This document shows, in pieces, positions 9,407-17,485 of a stretch of DNA of 21,947 nucleotides (its first letter is position 1; every line of letters starts with the position of its first letter). The notes under the pieces are model-generated. The model did no database searches. It saw only the letters and a list, made by a program, of their open reading frames with translations, and was not told the origin of the DNA. The DNA lies in assembly GCA_042408215.1 (NCBI GenBank), contig JAYFMW010000018.1, forward strand, positions 1-21,947. The letters are read 5' to 3'. Position numbers and translations under genes: made by a program. The DNA comes from Microcoleus sp. GTDB taxonomy: Bacteria > Cyanobacteriota > Cyanobacteriia > Cyanobacteriales > Microcoleaceae.

Positions 9407-10480
9407 CGATGATTTCGGCTACGGCTGGCGGATGGAATTCCGGGATACCGATTTGAAGACTTCGCTGAAAGCTGATCCGACTTATGAGGAGTTGGGGATA
9501 AATACGGTACCGTTTGATAGCAAGACTAAGGTGTTTATTACGCTTCCGGGTGGTAAGCGGGAAACGTTTACTTTTAAGCCGACTCCGCATCATCTGAATC
9601 AGTATTTGGGAGGGGCTGGGCCGGGTGCTCAGATGTTCAAGCCGGCTTTTGAGTCGCATTCGGGTTCGACGATGACTCTGACGGTTAAGGATGCGAATTT
9701 GGTCAGGAATGAGAACGGGTATTATGGGGTGAACGCACAGCCCTTCAATCCTGAAAATCCTGCCTTTGGTGGGGTGTATGTGTTGACTACGAAGGAGGGA
9801 TTAATTTACGAGATTGATGCTAAAACTGGGGATTTGTTGACTGCTACTGATGCGAATGGGAATAAGTTGACTTTTAGCGATGCGGGGATTAAGAGTTCGA
9901 CAGGTAAGTCGGTGACTTTTGAGAGGGATGTGGTGGGAAGGATTGTCAGTGTTGTTGACCCGGATGGGAAGAAGGTTAAGTATGAATACGATGCGAAAGG
10001 GGATTTAGTTGCTGTTAAGGATAGGGAGAATAATACGACTAGCTTTAAGTACGAAGCTGCGAATAATCCTCACTTTTTGACTGAGGTTGTTGATGCGTTG
10101 GGAAGGAGTGGGGTGAAGACTGGGTATGATGATTCTGGTCGTTTAAAGCAGATGATTGATGGGAATGGGGAAAAGGTGGAGTTGGTTTATGACTCGGCTA
10201 ATTCGATTCAGAAGGTTAAGGATGTTTTTGGGAAGGAAACGACTTATGTTTATGACTTGCGGGGGAACGTTCTCACTGAGATTGACCCGTTAGGGAAGCG
10301 GATTGACAGGACTTTTGATGGGGATAATAATGTTCTGAGTTCTACCGTGGTTACCAGAGAGTTGAATGCTGCTGGAGTTTCGGTTGAGGTGAAGTCGAAG
10401 ACTGAGTGGACTTACGACAGTCAGGGGAATAAGTTATCTGAAAAAGATGCTTTGGGGAACGTGACTCGATGGACTTATAA
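8936..10480 (+). repeat. About 1.5-kb direct repeat shared by modules B and C (also shared with module A from 9869)
   Basis: Colinear with 17486-about 19030 at an offset of about 8550. The stretch 9869-10480 is also colinear with 1-about 610. Confidence 0.92.
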
Positions 10481-13400
10481 TCAATTTGGGCAAATCCAAA
10501 CTAAAACCAACCCATTAGGTCAAACGACTACCCACAAATATGACAACAGAGGTAATCTTTTGTCTACCGATAATTCTATAGGAACCACAAAACAAACCTA
10601 CGATCGCTCCGGCAATATCACTGCAATTATTGATGCACAAGGACGAGAAACTAAATTTGAATATGACTCAGTTGGCCGAGTAACTCGTCAAATTGATGCG
10701 CTAGGTAACTCAACTACTTACACTTATGATGCCAGTGGAAAAACACTCACCGAAACAACCACACTCGCCATTACAAACGGATCGCGGACACTTATCAAAA
10801 GGTGGACTTACGATGCTGAAGGTCGCGTTACCTCAGAAACCGATCCACTCGGTAATGTTATCCAATACGAATATGACAGACTAGGTAATATGACTGCCCT
10901 CATAGAAAAGGGCATGAACGATCGGCGCACCGAATACCGTTATGATGCAAAAGGTCAGCTAGAACAAACTTTGTATGCTGACGGTACATCCGTGCGTTCT
11001 ATTTATGATGCAGCCGGTCGAGAAATCGCCACTATTGACCAAAAAGGACAGACCACCCACTTCGTCTATGATGCTTTAGATCGTCTCATCGAAACTATTT
11101 ATCCCGATAACACGCCTAGTGACCTTTCTGACAACCCCAGAACCAAAACTGAATACGATAAAATCGGTCGCATCAAAGCCTCTATTGACAAACGGGGGAA
11201 TCGCATCGAGTATGAATACGATCGAGCGGGTCGCCCTATCCTGATTCGCGATGCTCTGAACAATGAAACTAAATATACCTATGATGCAGCCGGAAATAGG
11301 CTGACTGAAACCGATGCTCGAAACCAGACGACCAAGTTTGTCTATGATGCCCTGGGCCGCCCTGCTGAAACTCTCTTCGCAGATGGCACTCGTACCATCA
11401 CTACCTACGATGCTGTTGGGCGACGGAGTTCTTTTACAGACCAAGCTGGCCGCACGACCTATTTTGTTTACGATGGGCTGAATCGACCTGTTGAGGTTAT
11501 TCATCCAGACGACACGCCATTAGACCTCTCAAACAACCCCAGAACTAAGACTGAGTATAACGAACTCGGTTGGGTTACTGCCCAGATTGATGAATTGGGG
11601 AATCGCCAAGAATACGAGTACGATGAAAAAGGTCGTCTAATTGAGTCTCGCAGCGATTGTCTTTGCCGTCGCAAAACCTACACCTACGATGCGTTTGGAA
11701 ATCGGATTAGGGAAACAGATCAGCTAGGACACACGACTTCTTTTGTTTATGACAAGCTAAACCGTCTTGTAGAAACTCGCTTCCACGATCGCTCCTACAC
11801 AACTACTACCTATGATGAATTGGGGCGGGTTAAAACTCAGACAGACCAAGCTGGAAAAACCACTGAATTTGAGTACGATGCCTTGAATCGCTTGAGTGCC
11901 GTTGTTGATGCGCTCCAGCAGCGGACGGAATACAAGTATGACGATTCTGGCAACTTAATCCAAGCCAAAGATGCCAACCAACACATCACTCAGTACGAGT
12001 ATGACAAATTGAATCGCCGCACTGCTACTATTCTGCCGTTAGGACAGCGATCGGACACTACCTACGACCCGGTTGGTAATATCGCCAGCACCACTGATTT
12101 CAATCGGAATATTATTACCTATGAGTACGACAAACTCAACCGCGCGATCGCTAAGCGGTTCCCTGACAGTACCGCAGTCGAGTACACTTACACGCCAATG
12201 GGTCAAATCAAGACTACCAAAGACCAGCGAGGAATAACTGCTTATGATTACGATGTGCGGGAGCGGCTGATTTCTCGAATTGACCCCGACAACCAATTCA
12301 TCCGCTACCGCTACGATGCAGCTAGCAACCGCACTGAGGTCATTACTCCCACTGGCACAACTAAATACACCTATGGCAAATACAATCAGTTGGAGACAGT
12401 CACAGACCCCAACTTGGGACTTACCCGGTACACTTATGACAAGATAGGGAATCTCGTCCGCACCGTATTGCCAAACAGTACGGTTGAAACTCGCCAGTAT
12501 AACGACTTGAATCGGCTGGTGCTCTTAGAAAATACCGGGCCTTCTGGAGTGATTTCCAGTTATCGCTACACGCTAGATCCAGTTGGAAATCGCAAGGTTG
12601 TGGAAGAACATGACGGTCGCAAGGTTGAGTACAATTACGACCCTCTCTATCGGTTAACTCAGGAGAAAATTACCGACCCGGCTGCAAGTAATCGCACAAT
12701 TGACTATACCTACGATCCTGTAGGAAATCGCCTGAGCAGTAATGATTCTGTAACTGGGATGACAAACTATACCTACAACAATAACGATCGATTGTTGAGT
12801 GATGGCAGCAATAGCTACACTTACGATAACAACGGTAATACTCTATCTCGGATTAAAGATGCCACAGATCGAGTAGTTTACAATTGGGATTATGAGAATC
12901 GCTTGATTGGGGCGAATATTACCAGACCTACTGGCACTGTTCAAACTCAATACAAATACAATCCCGATCATATCCGGGTGGCGACAACAGTCAACGGACA
13001 GGAAACTCGCTACTTAATTGATGCAAATCAGCCTTATGCACAAGTGTTGGAAGAGTATGCCCCTGGCGGTGCTGTGCAAACTTCTTATGTTTATGGAAAT
13101 GATTTGATTTCTCAGAATCGGGGCGGGGTACGATCGTTCTATCATGTGGATGGTTTGGGCAGTACGAGGGCTTTGACGAATTCTAGCGGTGCGGTTACGG
13201 ATACTTACGATTATGAGGCTTATGGAAGTTTATCAGGTTCGGTAGGTAATACTGTCAATAACTATCGCTTTGCAGGGGAACAGATCGATCCTTATTTGGG
13301 CGATTACTATCTCAGGAGAAGGTACTATGACTCTGACAGCGGGCGGTTTACAACTACAGATCCGTTTGAGGGGTGGTTGGAGGAGCCATTGTCAAGAGCG

Positions 13401-14153
13401 AAGTATCCTTACGTGCATGGGAATCCGGTAAATGCGATCGATCCTACTGGTCTTTACTCGTCAATAATGGAATTTTCAGCATTCCAAACAACGCTGAATG
13501 CCTTGGTAGCTCAGTCACTACCTTCGATTAGTATAGGTATGACAGCCGGAGGTTTAATAGCACTTCCTATTGCAGTTGTTGGTGTTCTTGCTCGGCTACA
13601 CGTTCTAGGTCAAACTTTTCCTGCTAATGTTAATAGATGGGGTGTCCCAATCATCGTGTGGGGAGGCGGCGATTTGCCTGAAACTACAAACCATATATTT
13701 AAGGCTTTGACTGGCTCTGGCTATACAGTAGGTAATCCTGACGGTAATTTATTAGGTTCTACACCAATTACACCTTTATTAAGCAGAGTAGACCCCTCCA
13801 CAAACCCTAGGCGTTGGTACAATTCGGAACCTCAATGTCAAGGAAGAACAGGTCGTGCAGGAGGAATTCCTATTAGGGTATGCGATGAATATCCTTATGC
13901 TTCATCTGCACAAGGAGGAGAAGCGAACTACAGGTTAGGAAGTGTTTCCATACATCCTGTACTTAATACAGAACAAAGTATTGGGCTAACTGGGATACGA
14001 AATACTCAAGGACTTAGGTTGGAGGCGTTTTACAGGCGAGCTTTTGTTGGAAGAAATGGCATTGCCGATCCTACCAGTTGGTATGTTAACTTTGCATTCC
14101 CCTGGCTTCAAACTTTTTGGGTAGACAGAGGAGGCAGAAGACAATCTTTCTAA
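9393..14153 (+). CDS. RHS module B: YD-repeat barrel, RHS core, DPTG cleavage motif and NucA/NucB-family DNase toxin
   Basis: Continues 6601-9406 across a +1 shift at about 9401; the intact equivalent is at about 17930-17970. Core YRFAGEQIDP...NPVNAIDPTGLY (D at 13440). The tip has LPETTNHIFKAL and CDEYPYASSAQGG (13881-13919), matching the PETxxHIxxA and DExP-x-A-xxxGG motifs of NucA/NucB nucleases. Confidence 0.92.
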   Translation: MPINSDDFGYGWRMEFRDTDLKTSLKADPTYEELGINTVPFDSKTKVFITLPGGKRETFTFKPTPHHLNQYLGGAGPGAQMFKPAFESHSGSTMTLTVKDANLVRNENGYYGVNAQPFNPENPAFGGVYVLTTKEGLIYEIDAKTGDLLTATDANGNKLTFSDAGIKSSTGKSVTFERDVVGRIVSVVDPDGKKVKYEYDAKGDLVAVKDRENNTTSFKYEAANNPHFLTEVVDALGRSGVKTGYDDSGRLKQMIDGNGEKVELVYDSANSIQKVKDVFGKETTYVYDLRGNVLTEIDPLGKRIDRTFDGDNNVLSSTVVTRELNAAGVSVEVKSKTEWTYDSQGNKLSEKDALGNVTRWTYNQFGQIQTKTNPLGQTTTHKYDNRGNLLSTDNSIGTTKQTYDRSGNITAIIDAQGRETKFEYDSVGRVTRQIDALGNSTTYTYDASGKTLTETTTLAITNGSRTLIKRWTYDAEGRVTSETDPLGNVIQYEYDRLGNMTALIEKGMNDRRTEYRYDAKGQLEQTLYADGTSVRSIYDAAGREIATIDQKGQTTHFVYDALDRLIETIYPDNTPSDLSDNPRTKTEYDKIGRIKASIDKRGNRIEYEYDRAGRPILIRDALNNETKYTYDAAGNRLTETDARNQTTKFVYDALGRPAETLFADGTRTITTYDAVGRRSSFTDQAGRTTYFVYDGLNRPVEVIHPDDTPLDLSNNPRTKTEYNELGWVTAQIDELGNRQEYEYDEKGRLIESRSDCLCRRKTYTYDAFGNRIRETDQLGHTTSFVYDKLNRLVETRFHDRSYTTTTYDELGRVKTQTDQAGKTTEFEYDALNRLSAVVDALQQRTEYKYDDSGNLIQAKDANQHITQYEYDKLNRRTATILPLGQRSDTTYDPVGNIASTTDFNRNIITYEYDKLNRAIAKRFPDSTAVEYTYTPMGQIKTTKDQRGITAYDYDVRERLISRIDPDNQFIRYRYDAASNRTEVITPTGTTKYTYGKYNQLETVTDPNLGLTRYTYDKIGNLVRTVLPNSTVETRQYNDLNRLVLLENTGPSGVISSYRYTLDPVGNRKVVEEHDGRKVEYNYDPLYRLTQEKITDPAASNRTIDYTYDPVGNRLSSNDSVTGMTNYTYNNNDRLLSDGSNSYTYDNNGNTLSRIKDATDRVVYNWDYENRLIGANITRPTGTVQTQYKYNPDHIRVATTVNGQETRYLIDANQPYAQVLEEYAPGGAVQTSYVYGNDLISQNRGGVRSFYHVDGLGSTRALTNSSGAVTDTYDYEAYGSLSGSVGNTVNNYRFAGEQIDPYLGDYYLRRRYYDSDSGRFTTTDPFEGWLEEPLSRAKYPYVHGNPVNAIDPTGLYSSIMEFSAFQTTLNALVAQSLPSISIGMTAGGLIALPIAVVGVLARLHVLGQTFPANVNRWGVPIIVWGGGDLPETTNHIFKALTGSGYTVGNPDGNLLGSTPITPLLSRVDPSTNPRRWYNSEPQCQGRTGRAGGIPIRVCDEYPYASSAQGGEANYRLGSVSIHPVLNTEQSIGLTGIRNTQGLRLEAFYRRAFVGRNGIADPTSWYVNFAFPWLQTFWVDRGGRRQSF

Positions 14154-14188
14154 AGCTTGATGTATTGTATAAGCATCTTTTTGGTCGG

Positions 14189-14225
14189 AATTATAACTTT
14201 TGTGCAGTCCAACAAAGTTATAATT
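14189..14225. promoter_or_regulatory. Perfect 12-bp inverted repeat between toxin and immunity gene (operator, terminator or RNA-processing hairpin)
   Basis: AATTATAACTTT-N13-AAAGTTATAATT followed by TTT. The right arm contains TATAAT (14219-14224). Function not determined. Confidence 0.5.
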
Positions 14226-14282
14226 TTTCAATGGAATTTATTAAACAACGTTAATCTTTACTTCAACACAAGGAGTTTTTAA

Positions 14283-15206
14283 ATGGGAACTTTAATTGAA
14301 GCTTTGGAAAGAATTATGAACTGGCTAAGGAAGCATCAGCCAGACTATGCTGCTTCCTTTCTGCCTGGACTTAAATCTGAAGAAATTCAGGCAGCGGAAG
14401 CAAAAGTGGGATTTAAACTGCCCCCAGAAATTTATGAACTTTACCAGTGGAGAAATGGAACAGAAGAAGATGCTAAGGCGGTATGCTTTCCCACCATGCA
14501 GTTCTTGCCTCTTTTTACAGCTGTGGAGTGTAGTCAAGGATGGAATGGATACATTTTAGAAGAAAAAAAAATTATAGAGGATAGTAAATGGTATGAAACA
14601 AGTCCTTTGTTTATATTTCTTCAAAACAATTGTGACTTCTGTGGTGTTCCTATTGTTGACTATCAAATAGAAAAATCACCAGTAGTTGTTCTTGGTGAAG
14701 GATATTTGCCATATATTTTTTATACAAGTCTCACTGACATGATGTTAACGCTAGCAGAATGCTACGAAACAAACGCATACTACTTAGCTAAAGATGGATA
14801 TATTGAAGAAGAGGAGTGTAAAGCTGCTGTGGTTTTACGCAAATACAATAGCGAGCTTAATGAAAAAGCGCTTTCAGATTTTCAATCTATTTTGTCACAG
14901 CCACTATATTTTTCAACACGAGACTATTCAAGCAGTTTAGTTAGACCAGTTATTGAAGCCACAACTGTTATGGGTAGATTTAAAGATCCAAGAAGTGTCG
15001 ATTTGTTATTGGAAGCTTTACAGGTTTGGGGTAAAGTTAAAGGTTTAAGTAGAGATGGAGTTTGTTCTTGGGTAATAAAGGCTTTAGGTGAAATGTGTGA
15101 CGTTAGGGCGTTGCAACCGCTGACTAATGCTTTGCAAGATGATTCTCCGTTTGTTAGGAAAGAAGCTCAAGAAGCTTTGTTAAAGTTTAGATATAATATG
15201 GGTTAA
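14283..15206 (+). CDS. SMI1/KNR4 (SUKH) immunity protein with C-terminal HEAT-like repeats
   Basis: PGLKSEEIQAAEAKVGFKLPPEIYELYQWRNG is a SUKH N-terminus. The C-terminus ALGEMCDVRALQPLTNALQDDSPFVRKEAQEAL is HEAT/PBS-lyase-like. AAGGAG RBS at 14270-14275. Confidence 0.9.
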   Translation: MGTLIEALERIMNWLRKHQPDYAASFLPGLKSEEIQAAEAKVGFKLPPEIYELYQWRNGTEEDAKAVCFPTMQFLPLFTAVECSQGWNGYILEEKKIIEDSKWYETSPLFIFLQNNCDFCGVPIVDYQIEKSPVVVLGEGYLPYIFYTSLTDMMLTLAECYETNAYYLAKDGYIEEEECKAAVVLRKYNSELNEKALSDFQSILSQPLYFSTRDYSSSLVRPVIEATTVMGRFKDPRSVDLLLEALQVWGKVKGLSRDGVCSWVIKALGEMCDVRALQPLTNALQDDSPFVRKEAQEALLKFRYNMG

Positions 15207-15213
15207 ACCTAGC

Positions 15214-15937
15214 ATGGCTCCTACTGGGCTGTTTTTACAGGACAGTGGCGCTGCTATTAATATCTCCTCAATTTTGAGTACCTTTCAATACCTGTCACCT
15301 TACCTGGGAGCCGCCGGAGCAGGACTTGTTTTTTCAAGCGGGAGTTCTCCATTGCCACCGACAGCATCAGTAGCTTATCAGGTAAATTTGGCTGTCAGTA
15401 AATCAACAATTAGAGAATGCTATTTAACAGGAAATCAAGATTGTGAAGCGGGTATTCCAATAGTCTTTTATGGACAAACATTCCAGGGGCAATCTTTACA
15501 AAAGACTACTGAACACATACAAAATGCTCTGCAAGCTGGATTACCATCGCTTCTCAGTGCGTGGGGCAACTGTCCCCGCCGATCACGGCACAAGAAAGTG
15601 GTACAAAAATAAACCCCCGTGCAACCAACCTGCAAAAGGAAGATATGTAGAAGCAGCGAAAAGTCAAGGCATAATAATTCGTAAGGAGAATGTAACGTGT
15701 GATGAATATCCTTTTTATGGAAGCGAACAGGGTGGACGAAAAAGTTATGATGGAGGATTCGTGTCGCTTCGATTAGTTCCTGAACCAGAGGCTGGACTAC
15801 AGGGTAGACTAATGGATGACGATCATCTACGAGAAGCTGGCGTTGTCAAAGGAGACGTCTTCAAGAAGTGGTATGGTGTTGTTTCAATACCCGAACTACC
15901 TAGTTCATTTTGGCGCAATCGTAACATAAATAGTTGA
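15214..15937 (+). pseudogene. Orphan NucA/NucB-family DNase toxin tip split by a +1 frameshift at about 15559 (ORFs 15214-15612 and 15470-15937)
   Basis: Starts MAPTGLF, a remnant of the DPTGL cleavage motif. Contains IPIVFYG, LQKTTEHIQNAL and CDEYPFYGSEQGG. Removing G15559 gives LLSRGATVPADHGTRKWY, matching LLSRVDPSTNPRRWY of the module B toxin. It may be an intact gene if the insertion is a read error. Confidence 0.85.
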
Positions 15938-15960
15938 TTTAGCTAAGGATTCCATAAAAT

Positions 15961-16602
15961 ATGTCTATACTCACACAAACTATGGAAAAAATTGTTGATT
16001 GGCTGCGAGTTAATGACCCTGAATCAATTGCTGAGTTACGCCCGGGTTTGACCGACCAAGAAATTGAAAAAATAACTCAAAATCTTCCCTTGTTTTTTCA
16101 TACTACAAATTTGACCGAGCAAGAAATTGAACAATCTCTTCCCTTAATTCTTCCGTGGGAAGTACGAGAAATTTACCACTACTGCAATGGAGAGATTGCG
16201 CTAACACCTTCTTTATTTTTAGAACCCTTGGAGAAAGCTATTGAAAACACTTGCTATGGCGAATGGATGAGAGGAAACAAGATTTCTTCTTCTAGCCATA
16301 TACTTCCTCTTTTTCATGGAGACGGGAAAAATTTCTATTATGTCATTTGCGATTCAGCAAACAAATCTCCAGTTTGGTGCGTATATGTCGGAGAAGCTCC
16401 TAGAATGTATGCTGCTAGTTTAACTAGCTTAATATTAAGCACTTGGGAATGTTATGAAACGGGGGTTTATTATATGTATTTTGATGAAGAATCTGGTTGT
16501 TCTTATGTAGAGGACGATGACAATTCAGAAAAAGCTGAGGAAATTTTCCAAAAGTACAATCCCGAACAGATGAATGATTGGAGATATTTTAACAGAGATT
16601 GA
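15961..16602 (+). CDS. SMI1/KNR4 (SUKH) immunity protein
   Basis: LRPGLTDQEIE...LPWEVREIYHYCNG. C-terminal SLTSLILSTWECYETGVYY is shared with the other two SUKH genes. Confidence 0.88.
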   Translation: MSILTQTMEKIVDWLRVNDPESIAELRPGLTDQEIEKITQNLPLFFHTTNLTEQEIEQSLPLILPWEVREIYHYCNGEIALTPSLFLEPLEKAIENTCYGEWMRGNKISSSSHILPLFHGDGKNFYYVICDSANKSPVWCVYVGEAPRMYAASLTSLILSTWECYETGVYYMYFDEESGCSYVEDDDNSEKAEEIFQKYNPEQMNDWRYFNRD

Positions 16603-16607
16603 GAAAA

Positions 16608-16736
16608 GGAAAGCTAATGAGAGAGATTTACAGAGAAGCAAATGTCCGTCTTGCGGATTCGTTTGGTGTTATAACCCTCCCCAATCAACGGATTAATTCG
16701 TATTGGATCGATCGAAATGGCGTAATTGGTAGATGA
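16608..16736 (+). pseudogene. Remnant (last 42 codons) of a third NucA/NucB-type toxin tip
   Basis: Manual translation GKLMREIYREANVRLADSFGVITLPNQRINSYWIDRNGVIGR* aligns with the tails GRLMDDDHLREAGV...YGVVSIPELPSSFWRNRN and GLRLEAFYRRAFV...FWVDRGG. Not in the ORF track. Confidence 0.8.
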
Positions 16737-16788
16737 CGATAACCCTGAATTTTATTTGATTCTTTGAGCTGGCCAAGGATGTAAAATC

Positions 16789-17436
16789 ATGGAACAATTA
16801 ACAAATGCTTTGAAACGCATTTTAAAGTGGATAAAAACAAATGATTCACACAGAGCTTCTATCTGGCAGACCGGACTAAGTTTATCAGAGATTGAAGAAA
16901 GGGTGAAAGTATTACCATTTTGTTTACCCCAAGAAGTTTATGAACTTTACAAATGGAGGAACGGTTTTATACCGGGGACACGAGGATGGATGCAAGGTTT
17001 TGGAGGGCATGATTTTTATAACTTAGATTTTGTCATCAAAAACTATTTCAATCAGATTGAATACTGTAAAACATGCGCTGTCCTTGATAATAATCCTTCT
17101 TCTGAACCCCTCAGAAACCCACAATGGTTTTCTCTGTTAGGTCATGATAAGCGAGATTATTTTGTCATTGGCGAACAAGAACAAAAACAAGAATCTCCCG
17201 TGTTTTGCTTTGACTATGGAGATTGGGATGATTTTAGACCCAAGTTAAAATATAGCAGCCTTACTTCTATGATGCTAACCATTGCCGAGTGCTATGAAAC
17301 AGGTGCTTACTATCACTACAAGGTGGAAGGACGAGAGATAACAAGTTTCGGAATGAATTACCCAGCAGCAGAATCCATCCGCAAAAAATACAACCCCGAC
17401 TGTGAGTACGACGCTCCTATAGAAGAACTCCTCTAG
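16789..17436 (+). CDS. SMI1/KNR4 (SUKH) immunity protein
   Basis: TGLSLSEIEERVKVLPFCLPQEVYELYKWRNG and SLTSMMLTIAECYETGAYY. Paralog of 14283-15206 and 15961-16602. Confidence 0.9.
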   Translation: MEQLTNALKRILKWIKTNDSHRASIWQTGLSLSEIEERVKVLPFCLPQEVYELYKWRNGFIPGTRGWMQGFGGHDFYNLDFVIKNYFNQIEYCKTCAVLDNNPSSEPLRNPQWFSLLGHDKRDYFVIGEQEQKQESPVFCFDYGDWDDFRPKLKYSSLTSMMLTIAECYETGAYYHYKVEGREITSFGMNYPAAESIRKKYNPDCEYDAPIEELL

Positions 17437-17485
17437 AAAAGAAATAAGGCGAGTAATTATTAAACAACCTTAATTTTTTTCTCTA

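Noticed and set aside
4763..12151. HIP1 octamers GCGATCGC at 4763-4770 and 12144-12151 as recombination sites
   Set aside because: Only two were noticed and neither is at a cassette boundary. They are at most weak support for a cyanobacterial host.
3273..14153. Hint/intein pretoxin domain, PAAR or VgrG domains
   Set aside because: No CF...HN Hint motifs after the DPxG sites and no PAAR motifs seen. The true N-terminus is outside the window, so the secretion route cannot be assigned.
2999..15559. Programmed ribosomal frameshifting or phase variation at the four frame breaks
   Set aside because: No common slippery heptamer or long homopolymer. Only short runs (e.g. AAA at about 6680, GGG at about 3000) and a CAATCAAT pair (about 9397-9404) are present, and module C is in frame at the equivalent sites.
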